45,782 bases of DNA from positions 1-45,782 of the forward strand of contig DASXBH010000314.1 of NCBI GenBank assembly GCA_036491775.1. Reading direction: 5' to 3'. Shown piece by piece: positions 37,386 through 45,194 of this stretch. The notes beneath the pieces were generated by a model. It saw nothing but the letters and a program-made list of their open reading frames with translations. It had not been told where the DNA came from and did not search any database. Source of the stretch: Candidatus Acidiferrum sp. GTDB lineage: Bacteria > Acidobacteriota > Terriglobia > Acidiferrales > UBA7541. Both the position numbers and the translations under genes were made by a program. Numbering within the stretch: position 1 is the first letter of the stretch; each line of letters starts with the position of its first letter.

Positions 37386-38348
37386 TCAGTGTTCTAAGTA
37401 AGGCACAAAGCCCTGTGTCTTTGTTGGAAGACGGTATACCGATGTGGTTGCCGTGATGTAAAGCGTCCGGTAGTCCTTGTCTCCCCAAGTCAAATTGGCG
37501 GGCTGTTCCGGGGTAACAATCGTTCCCAGGTGATTTCCCTTCGCATCCCAAACCCAGATACCCTTGGGCCCTGTGACAAACAAATTGCCATTCTTATCCA
37601 CCTTAATGCCGTCCGGAACACCGTCGTTCTTTCCGCCCGGTTCTTCGCCGAAAATACGCCCATTGATGAAAGTTCCATCGGCACTCACGTCGTAGACGCG
37701 AATGTTTCGCTGGTCGCTATCGTCCACATAAAATTTCTTGCCATCCGGGGAGAAGGCCAAGCCGTTCGGTTGCGTCAGATCGCGGGTCAGCAAGCGGACG
37801 TTTCCTGTGTCGTCCAGCCGGTACACGCCTTGAAACGGGATTTCCTGCTTCTCCCCCGCAACCAGATCGAGGGTTGGATCGGTGAAATACAGTGCGCTAT
37901 CCGGTCCCACGATCACATCGTTCGGACTGTTGAAGCGCTTTCCGTCGTAGTGATCTGCAAGTACCTTATATTTCCCGTCCGGAGTTACCTCGATGATGGC
38001 TCTCAAGACGCTCGCACAATCGATCAAACGATGTCGGCGATCAAACGTGTTGCCATCCGGATCGCCCAACGCGATTACTTCTTCCTTCTTGCCGTTGGGA
38101 TACACCCGATAAATCTTGTTAATCGTCTCGTCGCTGACGTAGAGAAAACCCTCTGGATCCCACATCGGCCCTTCGGTGAAGCCGAACCCGGTCGCAACGG
38201 TTTCCAGCTTCGCGCCGCCGCCAATCAGTTCCAGGAACCTCGGAGAGAGCGGCTCAAGCTTAAACTCCCTGATTTTCTGGCCGGAAAGACTCATCGCCAG
38301 ACAGATTACGGCGACGAACTGAAGCAGAATTTTCTGCCCGAGGCTCAT
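37386..38348 (-). CDS. Secreted SMP-30/gluconolactonase family protein
   Basis: FTEGPMW, FNSPND, LYFTDP, PNGLAFSPD, PDGIKVD..GNL and LYITA. Signal peptide present. The start overlaps the cytochrome c stop (ATGA). Confidence 0.9.
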   Translation of the reverse strand: MSLGQKILLQFVAVICLAMSLSGQKIREFKLEPLSPRFLELIGGGAKLETVATGFGFTEGPMWDPEGFLYVSDETINKIYRVYPNGKKEEVIALGDPDGNTFDRRHRLIDCASVLRAIIEVTPDGKYKVLADHYDGKRFNSPNDVIVGPDSALYFTDPTLDLVAGEKQEIPFQGVYRLDDTGNVRLLTRDLTQPNGLAFSPDGKKFYVDDSDQRNIRVYDVSADGTFINGRIFGEEPGGKNDGVPDGIKVDKNGNLFVTGPKGIWVWDAKGNHLGTIVTPEQPANLTWGDKDYRTLYITATTSVYRLPTKTQGFVPYLEH

Positions 38349-39190
38349 TCAGTATCGTCCTCTTCTTTGCGGGAAGTTCTTGCCTTGCTCGCATTCGGAG
38401 TGGCACTCATCAAATAACTGACGAGATCGTCGAGTTCACGCGGGCCAAGACGCTCGCCATAGTTTGTTGGCATGAGAGAGCCCTGGAGACGATCGAGACC
38501 TCGCAATTCCGATTTCTGAAAGAAATGGAAGGCGCCATCTTTGGTTTGGAACTGAACAGAGAAGTTGTCTTCGTTGCGGATCAAGCCCTCTAGCCGATCA
38601 CCCGCGCTTGTAGTAAGCACAGCCGGCCGGTAGCCCTCGGGCGGTAATCTTTGCGACCTGACGATCTCCCCCCGAATCGCCTTGCTTGGGGCGCTTGCTC
38701 CGTAGCCAGACAGATCGGGTCCAAGGAAACCGCCTTGCCCGGAGATCGTGTGGCAACTTGAGCATTCGCCTTTGCCGAAGAAAATCTCCTTCCCGCGTAT
38801 CGCATTGCCGGGTAGAGTTTGCGCCACAGTCTTTCCCTGGAGTGACCGCAAGTACGAGACTACGGCGCGGGTCTGCTGTGCACTAAGGCTATGAAAAGCG
38901 GGCATGTCGGTTCCGGGTACACCGTTTGAAATGATGTCGGACAGTTGAGCATCGGAGAGATGCCGGACTTTGTCGCTTTCAGAAATGTTGATAGCTTTGT
39001 CGCTTCCGCGGCCATCCAGTCCGTGGCACCCCGCGCAGGCAGAGTTGTATGTGCTTCGCCCCGGTTCGCGAGTAACCTTCGTATGGTTTGAAGAAGAATT
39101 TTGTTGTCCGAGCGAGAAGGAGGGGTTGAAGGCCCACAGAAGGAGACAGAGTCCGAGCAGTGGAAGTAGCGATTTTCGGATCGCAAGCAT
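38345..39190 (-). CDS. Dihaem c-type cytochrome
   Basis: Two haem motifs, CAGCH (with distal GTDMPAF) and CSSCH (GPDLS...SLMP). Signal peptide from MLAIRKSLLPLLG. ATG 39205 is an alternative start. Confidence 0.85.
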   Translation of the reverse strand: MLAIRKSLLPLLGLCLLLWAFNPSFSLGQQNSSSNHTKVTREPGRSTYNSACAGCHGLDGRGSDKAINISESDKVRHLSDAQLSDIISNGVPGTDMPAFHSLSAQQTRAVVSYLRSLQGKTVAQTLPGNAIRGKEIFFGKGECSSCHTISGQGGFLGPDLSGYGASAPSKAIRGEIVRSQRLPPEGYRPAVLTTSAGDRLEGLIRNEDNFSVQFQTKDGAFHFFQKSELRGLDRLQGSLMPTNYGERLGPRELDDLVSYLMSATPNASKARTSRKEEDDTE

Positions 39191-39375
39191 TTGCACGCGC
39201 CACATTGTATCGCAATGGAGCGGGGCTCCTCGGAATGGCTTTCTGTGATTCTTACACAATGGAAATCTCTTCCCACCGAGGCACGGTTCCTTTAAATTCG
39301 ACAAGCACCCCGATCGCAATGTTCGGCACGCTGTAGTGTTAACGTCCGCGAACACGTAAGAAACAGGAGGAACGA

Positions 39376-40158
39376 ATGCATCTCTATCGCCCGTATTCGA
39401 AGAAACACATCTTCGTAATCATTGCCGCATTGATCTTGATTCCGGCAGCGGCGGTCCAAGTCCGTCTGTCGCACGCGCAGTCCACTTCAGGGACTGAAAA
39501 CGCTCTGACTCACGACGAACTGATCGCGCAATTCCGGCGCGTGGAAGTCGCCTCGGTTTCCGATGCGCTTGAGCAGATTACCGGAAAGCGGATGTACATG
39601 AGCCATCATATGCAGCCGATCTTTACGGCCAAATTTGCGGGGTATGCGCGAACGGTACAACTCAAAAAAGACGAGGGCAACAAAGATCCTGAAGCACTGA
39701 CGGGGATGCTAGAAGCGATTGATCAAGGCTCGACGGATTCGGTGTACGTGATGGTGGTTGAGGACGGAGAAGACATCGCTGGAATGGGCGGACTGATGGG
39801 CACCGCGATGGCCGCGCGTGGTTACGCCGGAGCGGTGATCGATGGCGGAGTACGAGACGTAGCCTATCTGCGCAAGATCGGCTTCGCGGTTTTTGCCACG
39901 GGAATTGTCCCCTCCACCTCTGTGCACCACTACCGCTTTGCCGGCGCGCAGGCCCCGGTGCTGTGCAACGGTGTGACCGTGAACCCTGGCGATATTGTTG
40001 TCGCCGATAGCGATGGCGTCGCCGTAGTGCCGAAAGCACAGGCACAAGGGGTGCTCACACTGGCGCAGCAAATGGATTACAAAGAGCACTCAATGTATGC
40101 GGTCATCGAGCAACTAAGGTCCATCGTGCAAGCAGTCAAGAAATTCGGCCGCCTTTAA
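39376..40158 (+). CDS. RraA/HMG-aldolase family protein with signal peptide
   Basis: VSDAL, FAGYARTV, GMGGLMG, VIDGGVRD and VNPGDIVVADSDGV. AGGAGG RBS and a hydrophobic N-terminus ending SHA-Q. Confidence 0.87.
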   Translation: MHLYRPYSKKHIFVIIAALILIPAAAVQVRLSHAQSTSGTENALTHDELIAQFRRVEVASVSDALEQITGKRMYMSHHMQPIFTAKFAGYARTVQLKKDEGNKDPEALTGMLEAIDQGSTDSVYVMVVEDGEDIAGMGGLMGTAMAARGYAGAVIDGGVRDVAYLRKIGFAVFATGIVPSTSVHHYRFAGAQAPVLCNGVTVNPGDIVVADSDGVAVVPKAQAQGVLTLAQQMDYKEHSMYAVIEQLRSIVQAVKKFGRL

Positions 40159-40170
40159 GGAACCTCGGCA

Positions 40171-40199
40171 TTGCATAAAAATGATTTTCATCAGATAAT
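40171..40199 (+). promoter_or_regulatory. Candidate iclR promoter (TTGCAT-N17-GATAAT) with operator ATAAAA-N5-TTTCAT in the spacer
   Basis: -35 at 40171-40176, -10 at 40194-40199, and an imperfect palindrome at 40175-40191 that matches the 30547-30563 site at 13/17. Confidence 0.55.
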
Positions 40200-40225
40200 T
40201 CGGCACTTTCATTTTGTCAGCCTCT

Positions 40226-41077
40226 ATGAACGGTCGTCCCAAACGTAATTACGACATTACCGCTCTTCAGCGTGGGTTGCGGCTGCTGCATCTTTTTAGC
40301 GAATCGCCGCAGGGACTTACTGCGAAGCAGGTGGCGGCTTTGTCGCGGCTGCCCGTGAGCACGGTTCACCGCTTTCTGGCCAACCTGGTTACTGCAGGCT
40401 TCTTGAACCGCGATGGAGAGGGCACCCATCACCTCGGAATCGCATGTTTTTCTATTGGACAGGCCGCCGTCGGGCAGCTTGATATCCGACGCTTGAGCCT
40501 GCCCTATTTGCGGGAACTGAACCAGCAAACCCGCGAAACCATCCACCTCACCGTGCGGCACGGATTGTCCGCCGTGTATGTGGAAAAACTGGACTCTCCC
40601 GAACCGCTGCGCATTCATTCACGGATTGGCGCGTCAGTTCCACTGAACTGTACCGCCGTTGGCAAGGTCATGCTGGCCTATATGCCGGAAGACGAACGGG
40701 ATCGGGTTCTTCCCAAGCTCGACTTGAAACGTCTGACTCCAAATTCGGTGGGGAATGTTCAGGAGCTCAAAACGGAGTTGTACCGTGTCCGCAAGAATGG
40801 ATACGCGTGTGACATGGAGGAGCACGAGTTGCACATTCGATGTGTGGCTGCTCCGATATGGGATCACACGGGAAGCGTGCAAGCGAGCCTCAGCATCACT
40901 GCACCCACTCTCCGCATGCCGGTGATGCGGCTTCGCCGGCTAGCGCCGATTATCCAGGCGGCGGGGATAAAGATCTCGGCTGAGCTTGGGTATCAATCGC
41001 CTGTATCTCCATCGCCATGGCCAGCGTTAAATCGGAACGGTAAAACGGAAGCCAGGCTTGGAAAGATGGCTGTCTGA
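40226..41077 (+). CDS. IclR-family transcriptional regulator
   Basis: ALQRGLRLL, LPVSTVHRFL..L...GFL, TRETIHL, CTAVGKVMLA, RKNGYA.D.EE and RCVAAPI. TTG 40214 is an alternative start. Confidence 0.93.
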   Translation: MNGRPKRNYDITALQRGLRLLHLFSESPQGLTAKQVAALSRLPVSTVHRFLANLVTAGFLNRDGEGTHHLGIACFSIGQAAVGQLDIRRLSLPYLRELNQQTRETIHLTVRHGLSAVYVEKLDSPEPLRIHSRIGASVPLNCTAVGKVMLAYMPEDERDRVLPKLDLKRLTPNSVGNVQELKTELYRVRKNGYACDMEEHELHIRCVAAPIWDHTGSVQASLSITAPTLRMPVMRLRRLAPIIQAAGIKISAELGYQSPVSPSPWPALNRNGKTEARLGKMAV

Positions 41078-41148
41078 AAGCAGGGCCTGAGGCGATCTTC
41101 TGGCCCATGGAATTCTGTATTGAAGTCTAATTTGAAAGGAGCATTTCT

Positions 41149-41658
41149 ATGAATTTGACCTCGACTCGAAGGACATTTGCGATCCGATTCGGTTCGCTTC
41201 TATCAGCTCTCGGGCTCACTGCCGCAGTGCTGCCCTCCCGCGGAGCGGCACAGAGTTCCGCCCAGGATGCGAACGCCATTCGTAAGCTGAACGCGGAAGG
41301 CAAGCCCGGCAGCGAAAAAGACGTCATTATGCCGGTGATTGTTCATAACGGTTTGATTTATGTCTCCGGTCAAGGCGCGCACGACACGCGCGATCAGAAA
41401 GAATGGACCATCGAATCCCACACCACCAAGGTCATGGACCAAATCAAGAAACTCGTAGAAGTTGGCGGAGGGACGATGGACAGCGTCCTCCAAACCAATG
41501 TTTTCCTGGTGAAGATCGAGCACTGGGACGCGATGACCAAGGTATTCGGGAGCTATTTCCCTCGCGGAGGACCCTCCCGCACGACTGTCGCCGTGGCCGC
41601 GCTGCCAGGAGATTCGCTGGTGGAAATCAATTGCATCGCGGCCGTCAGCCGCAAGTAG
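41149..41658 (+). CDS. RidA-family protein with Tat-like signal
   Basis: TRRTFA plus a hydrophobic stretch ending GAA-Q. Motifs GLIYVSGQ, NVFL, PSRTTV..LP..LVEI. AAGGAG RBS. Confidence 0.85.
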   Translation: MNLTSTRRTFAIRFGSLLSALGLTAAVLPSRGAAQSSAQDANAIRKLNAEGKPGSEKDVIMPVIVHNGLIYVSGQGAHDTRDQKEWTIESHTTKVMDQIKKLVEVGGGTMDSVLQTNVFLVKIEHWDAMTKVFGSYFPRGGPSRTTVAVAALPGDSLVEINCIAAVSRK

Positions 41659-41673
41659 GCAAAGGAGATTCTC

Positions 41674-42933
41674 ATGCGACTCAAATCGTCGTGGAATCGG
41701 CGCGGATTTCTAGGAACAGCCGCCGCCATGGCAGCGTCTGTCTTTGCGCCGCGGAGGCTTTTTTCGACCGCGACGCCGCCGTCCGGCGGGAGCACTGCCG
41801 TCAGCGGTTTCGGCCAGAGCGGCAATCCCTACGACGAACTGGGCGTCACCACCGTCATCAACTGCGAAGGCACGATGACGATGCTTGGCGGCTCTGTTCT
41901 TCATCCCGAACTCGAGGCAGTCATGGCTATGGCTGGACGCCATTTCGTGAACGTCCCAGAACTGGAGGTCGCCGCAGGGAAACGGATTGCAGAAATGCTG
42001 AAGCTTCCCGATGGCTACACCGCGCTGGTCACTTCCGGTGCGGCTGCGGCAATTCAATCTGGATTGGCAGGCATTCTCACCGGTAACAACGAAGCGTTGA
42101 TCCGGCAACTTCCCGATCTGACCGGAATGAAGTCGGAAGTCATCATTCAGAAATCGCATCGCAACCCATTCGATCATCAGTTGCGCTCCACCGGCGTGAA
42201 GCTGATCGAGATTGAAACTCGCGAGCAGTTTCGGCAAGCCGTGAATGACCGTACAGCCATGATGCACTTTTCAAACTTTGCCAACGCCGCTGGCCAAATC
42301 AAAGTGGACGAGTGGGCTAAGTTGGCCAAGCAATACAACATTCCGTGCATGAACGATGCCGCCGCAGACACGCCCCCGGTTTCGCACCTTTGGGATTACA
42401 CCAACATGGGGTATGACCTGGTTACTTTCAGCGGCGGCAAGGCGATGCGCGGGCCGCAATGCGCGGGCCTGCTCATCGGGCGTAAGGATCTCGTGGCCTA
42501 TGCCTTGCTGAACAACAGCCCGCATGAGGACACGCTGGGCCGCAGCCAGAAAGTGGGCAAAGAAGAAATTGTCGGAATGGTGAAGGCGCTCGAACTCTAT
42601 CTCGGCGAAGATCACGACGCGCTGACTCGAGAATGGCAGGCCCGCCTGGAGCGAGTCTCGCGCGAGTTGACCAAGGTTCCGGGAGTGACCACATCGTTTT
42701 TTGTTCCTGACATTGCCAATCATGTACCCCACATGCAAATCACGTGGGATTCCAAAGTCTCACTTGAGCCGCAGCAAGTTTCGAAATTGCTGCGGAATTC
42801 CAAACCAGCAATTGTCATCGGCGGCGGCGAAGGCCGCCCCGGGCTCACCATGTGCTCATTTATGTTGCAGCCGGGCGAAGACAAAATCGTTGCCGAGCAA
42901 TTGTCGCGCATCCTGCGCGAGCACTCAGCTTAA
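41674..42933 (+). CDS. SelA-like/DgaE-like PLP-dependent enzyme, paralog 3, Tat signal
   Basis: NRRGFL signal. INCEGTMT.LGGS, VTSGAAAAI, DAAAD, FSGGKAMRGPQ and KVGKEEI. AAGGAG RBS. Confidence 0.87.
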   Translation: MRLKSSWNRRGFLGTAAAMAASVFAPRRLFSTATPPSGGSTAVSGFGQSGNPYDELGVTTVINCEGTMTMLGGSVLHPELEAVMAMAGRHFVNVPELEVAAGKRIAEMLKLPDGYTALVTSGAAAAIQSGLAGILTGNNEALIRQLPDLTGMKSEVIIQKSHRNPFDHQLRSTGVKLIEIETREQFRQAVNDRTAMMHFSNFANAAGQIKVDEWAKLAKQYNIPCMNDAAADTPPVSHLWDYTNMGYDLVTFSGGKAMRGPQCAGLLIGRKDLVAYALLNNSPHEDTLGRSQKVGKEEIVGMVKALELYLGEDHDALTREWQARLERVSRELTKVPGVTTSFFVPDIANHVPHMQITWDSKVSLEPQQVSKLLRNSKPAIVIGGGEGRPGLTMCSFMLQPGEDKIVAEQLSRILREHSA

Positions 42934-42956
42934 ATCTGCGCACGACAACAAAAACG

Positions 42957-44288
42957 ATGCCCACGGAGAAGACAACGCGCGTGCGCTGGTTTCTGGTGTT
43001 CTGGCTTTTCGTCCTGAGTGCAGTGTCTTATCTCGACCGCGTCAACATCTCCATTGCCGGTGGATCGATTGTTGATGCGTACCACCTTACGGATGTCCAA
43101 CTGGGGAAGGTTTTCAGCGCGTTGGTCGTGGGGTACGCGCTGTTTCAGACGGTTGGCGGTTATCTTGCCGACCGCTTTGGCCCCCGACGCGTACTAACTG
43201 CCGGAGTTGTCTGGTGGGGAATCTTTACCGCCCTGACGGCGCTTGTCCCCGCGAACATCGGGGGCGCACTCTTTTTATTTGTACTGGTTCGGTTTTTTCT
43301 CGGCGCCGGCGAAGCCGTGATCTACCCAGCGGCCAATCAGTTCGTTGCGCGCTGGATTCCGGTGCGCGAGCGCGGTATCGCCAACGGCTGGATCTTTGCC
43401 GGCGTTGGTGCTGGAGCTGGCCTTTCGCCGCCTCTGATCAGCTATCTCATGATTCATCACGGCTGGCGCTCGTCGTTCTGGGTCTGCGCCATCATCGGAT
43501 TTGTTGCCGGGGTAGTCTGGTTTTTCGCGGCTCGCGACAATCCGGGGGAACACCCGCGAGTGTCTGCCGCAGAACTTTCTGCCATCCAAACCGGACTTAC
43601 GGTTACAAATAATTCACCAACTCTTACGAAAGAACCTGCTGATGCCCTTGTGCCCTGGAAGCGAGTCGTGCGAAGCCGGGAGGTCTGGGCAGTGACTATC
43701 AGCTATTTCTGTTACGGCTACGTTGCGTGGATCTTCTTCAGCTGGTTCTACCGCTACCTCGCAAAGGTGCGCGGACTCGATCTCAAATCAAGCGCATTTT
43801 ACTCCATGCTGCCGTTTCTGGCGATGCTGGTCTGCTGTCTCTTGGGTGGGACTGTGAATGATCGACTCACAAAATGGCGCGGACCGCGGCTGGGGCGATG
43901 TGGCCTCGCGGCATTTGCGATGGGAGTGGCGGGAATTTTCATCGCATTCGGTTCACAAGTTCAGGGTGTACGGCTGGCGAGTGTCATTCTCGCTGGCGGA
44001 GCTGGTGCGCTGTATTTTTCTCAGAGTTCGTTTTGGTCGGTCACTGCGGATATTGCCGGAGCGTCGGCCGGATCGGTATCCGGATTTATGAATATGGGCG
44101 GGCAATTTGGCGGGGCCTTGACTGGCTCGCTCACTCCCTGGATCGCCGTACGCTACGGCTGGACGGCCTCGTTCCTTGTGGCTGCCGGTTTGTGCCTGGT
44201 GGGAGCTATAAGTTGGCTTGCTGTAGATCCACTGAACACGTTGACCCAGGTGCGAGCTGCCGAGATGCTTGATGAGGTCCACTCTTAA
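42957..44288 (+). CDS. MFS transporter, anion:cation symporter (D-galactonate/glucarate permease-like)
   Basis: SYLDRVNISIA, GYLADRFGPRRVL, RFFLGAGEA..YP, W.P.RERG.ANG and GSVSGFMN.GG. Start reassigned to ATG 42957. Confidence 0.88.
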   Translation: MPTEKTTRVRWFLVFWLFVLSAVSYLDRVNISIAGGSIVDAYHLTDVQLGKVFSALVVGYALFQTVGGYLADRFGPRRVLTAGVVWWGIFTALTALVPANIGGALFLFVLVRFFLGAGEAVIYPAANQFVARWIPVRERGIANGWIFAGVGAGAGLSPPLISYLMIHHGWRSSFWVCAIIGFVAGVVWFFAARDNPGEHPRVSAAELSAIQTGLTVTNNSPTLTKEPADALVPWKRVVRSREVWAVTISYFCYGYVAWIFFSWFYRYLAKVRGLDLKSSAFYSMLPFLAMLVCCLLGGTVNDRLTKWRGPRLGRCGLAAFAMGVAGIFIAFGSQVQGVRLASVILAGGAGALYFSQSSFWSVTADIAGASAGSVSGFMNMGGQFGGALTGSLTPWIAVRYGWTASFLVAAGLCLVGAISWLAVDPLNTLTQVRAAEMLDEVHS

Positions 44289-44295
44289 GAGACCG

Positions 44296-45081
44296 TCACT
44301 CGGTCACCGTCACCTGTGAGTCTGCTTTCAGCGCGGCCTGCAGTTCCGGGCCCAGCATTGAAGCCGAATTCTTGTCCAGATACACGGTCGCGTTAGGATG
44401 GCGCCGCAAAATCGAAGCTGGCGCCATAGGATTGATCTCTCCCTCGAAGCATAGCTTCACTGCCTGTGCTTTTCGACGGTCCGGGACCACGGCGAGGATT
44501 TCTCTTGCCTTGAGAATCTGTCTCGCCGACATCGAAATGGCTCGCTTCGGTACCTGCGATATATTGGCGAACCATGCCTCGCCGACCTGCTGCTTGCGGC
44601 ACGCTTCATCAAGGTTGACGATGATGTAGGGTTCCCCGGTATTGAAGTCGGCGGGCGGATCATTGAATGCAATATGCCCGTTTTCGCCTATGCCGAGGAA
44701 TGCGACATCGATCGGTGCTGAAGCTAGTTGCTTGCCCGCCTCCTGCACTGCGGCGGACGGATCGGCAGCATCGCCCTCGAGCAAGTGATAACGCGTGATT
44801 CCAGTTTTGTTGATCAACTCGGTCATCAGCATCTTGCGAAAACTGCCCGGATGAGTGCTCGGCAGACCGATATATTCATCGAGATGAAAGGCCTCAACCC
44901 AAGTCCAATCGATGCCTGGAGCTTTTGTCAGTGCATCCAGAAACTCGAGTTGAGACGCGGCAGTAGCAGCGATGATGCGGGCCATTCCGCGCTCTGAGAT
45001 GGCGCGTCGAATCGCGTTTGCGGCCTGCTCGGCGGCAGCGCGGCCCAACGTGACTTTGTCGTCGAATACTCTAAGCAGCAT
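44296..45081 (-). CDS. nagB: Glucosamine-6-phosphate deaminase family protein
   Basis: FHLDEYIGL...[26 protein letters not shown] and PASILRRH. Start reassigned to ATG 45081. No signal peptide. Confidence 0.8.
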   Translation of the reverse strand: MLLRVFDDKVTLGRAAAEQAANAIRRAISERGMARIIAATAASQLEFLDALTKAPGIDWTWVEAFHLDEYIGLPSTHPGSFRKMLMTELINKTGITRYHLLEGDAADPSAAVQEAGKQLASAPIDVAFLGIGENGHIAFNDPPADFNTGEPYIIVNLDEACRKQQVGEAWFANISQVPKRAISMSARQILKAREILAVVPDRRKAQAVKLCFEGEINPMAPASILRRHPNATVYLDKNSASMLGPELQAALKADSQVTVTE

Positions 45082-45194
45082 GGGCAGATCCCGTTGAACG
45101 AGGATTGCAAACGGCAAATTATACAAGGTGATGTCGCGTTGCCAGTGCTATTGGGGGCCGGATTTCTTGCGGCATGAAAGCAATCCTCAGCTTC

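Noticed and set aside
9715-42933. Calling the three PLP enzymes selenocysteine synthase (selA) or a selenium system
   Set aside because: They have FSGGK rather than the SelA FSGDK motif and carry Tat signals. No selB, selD, tRNA-Sec or credible in-frame TGA readthrough was seen.
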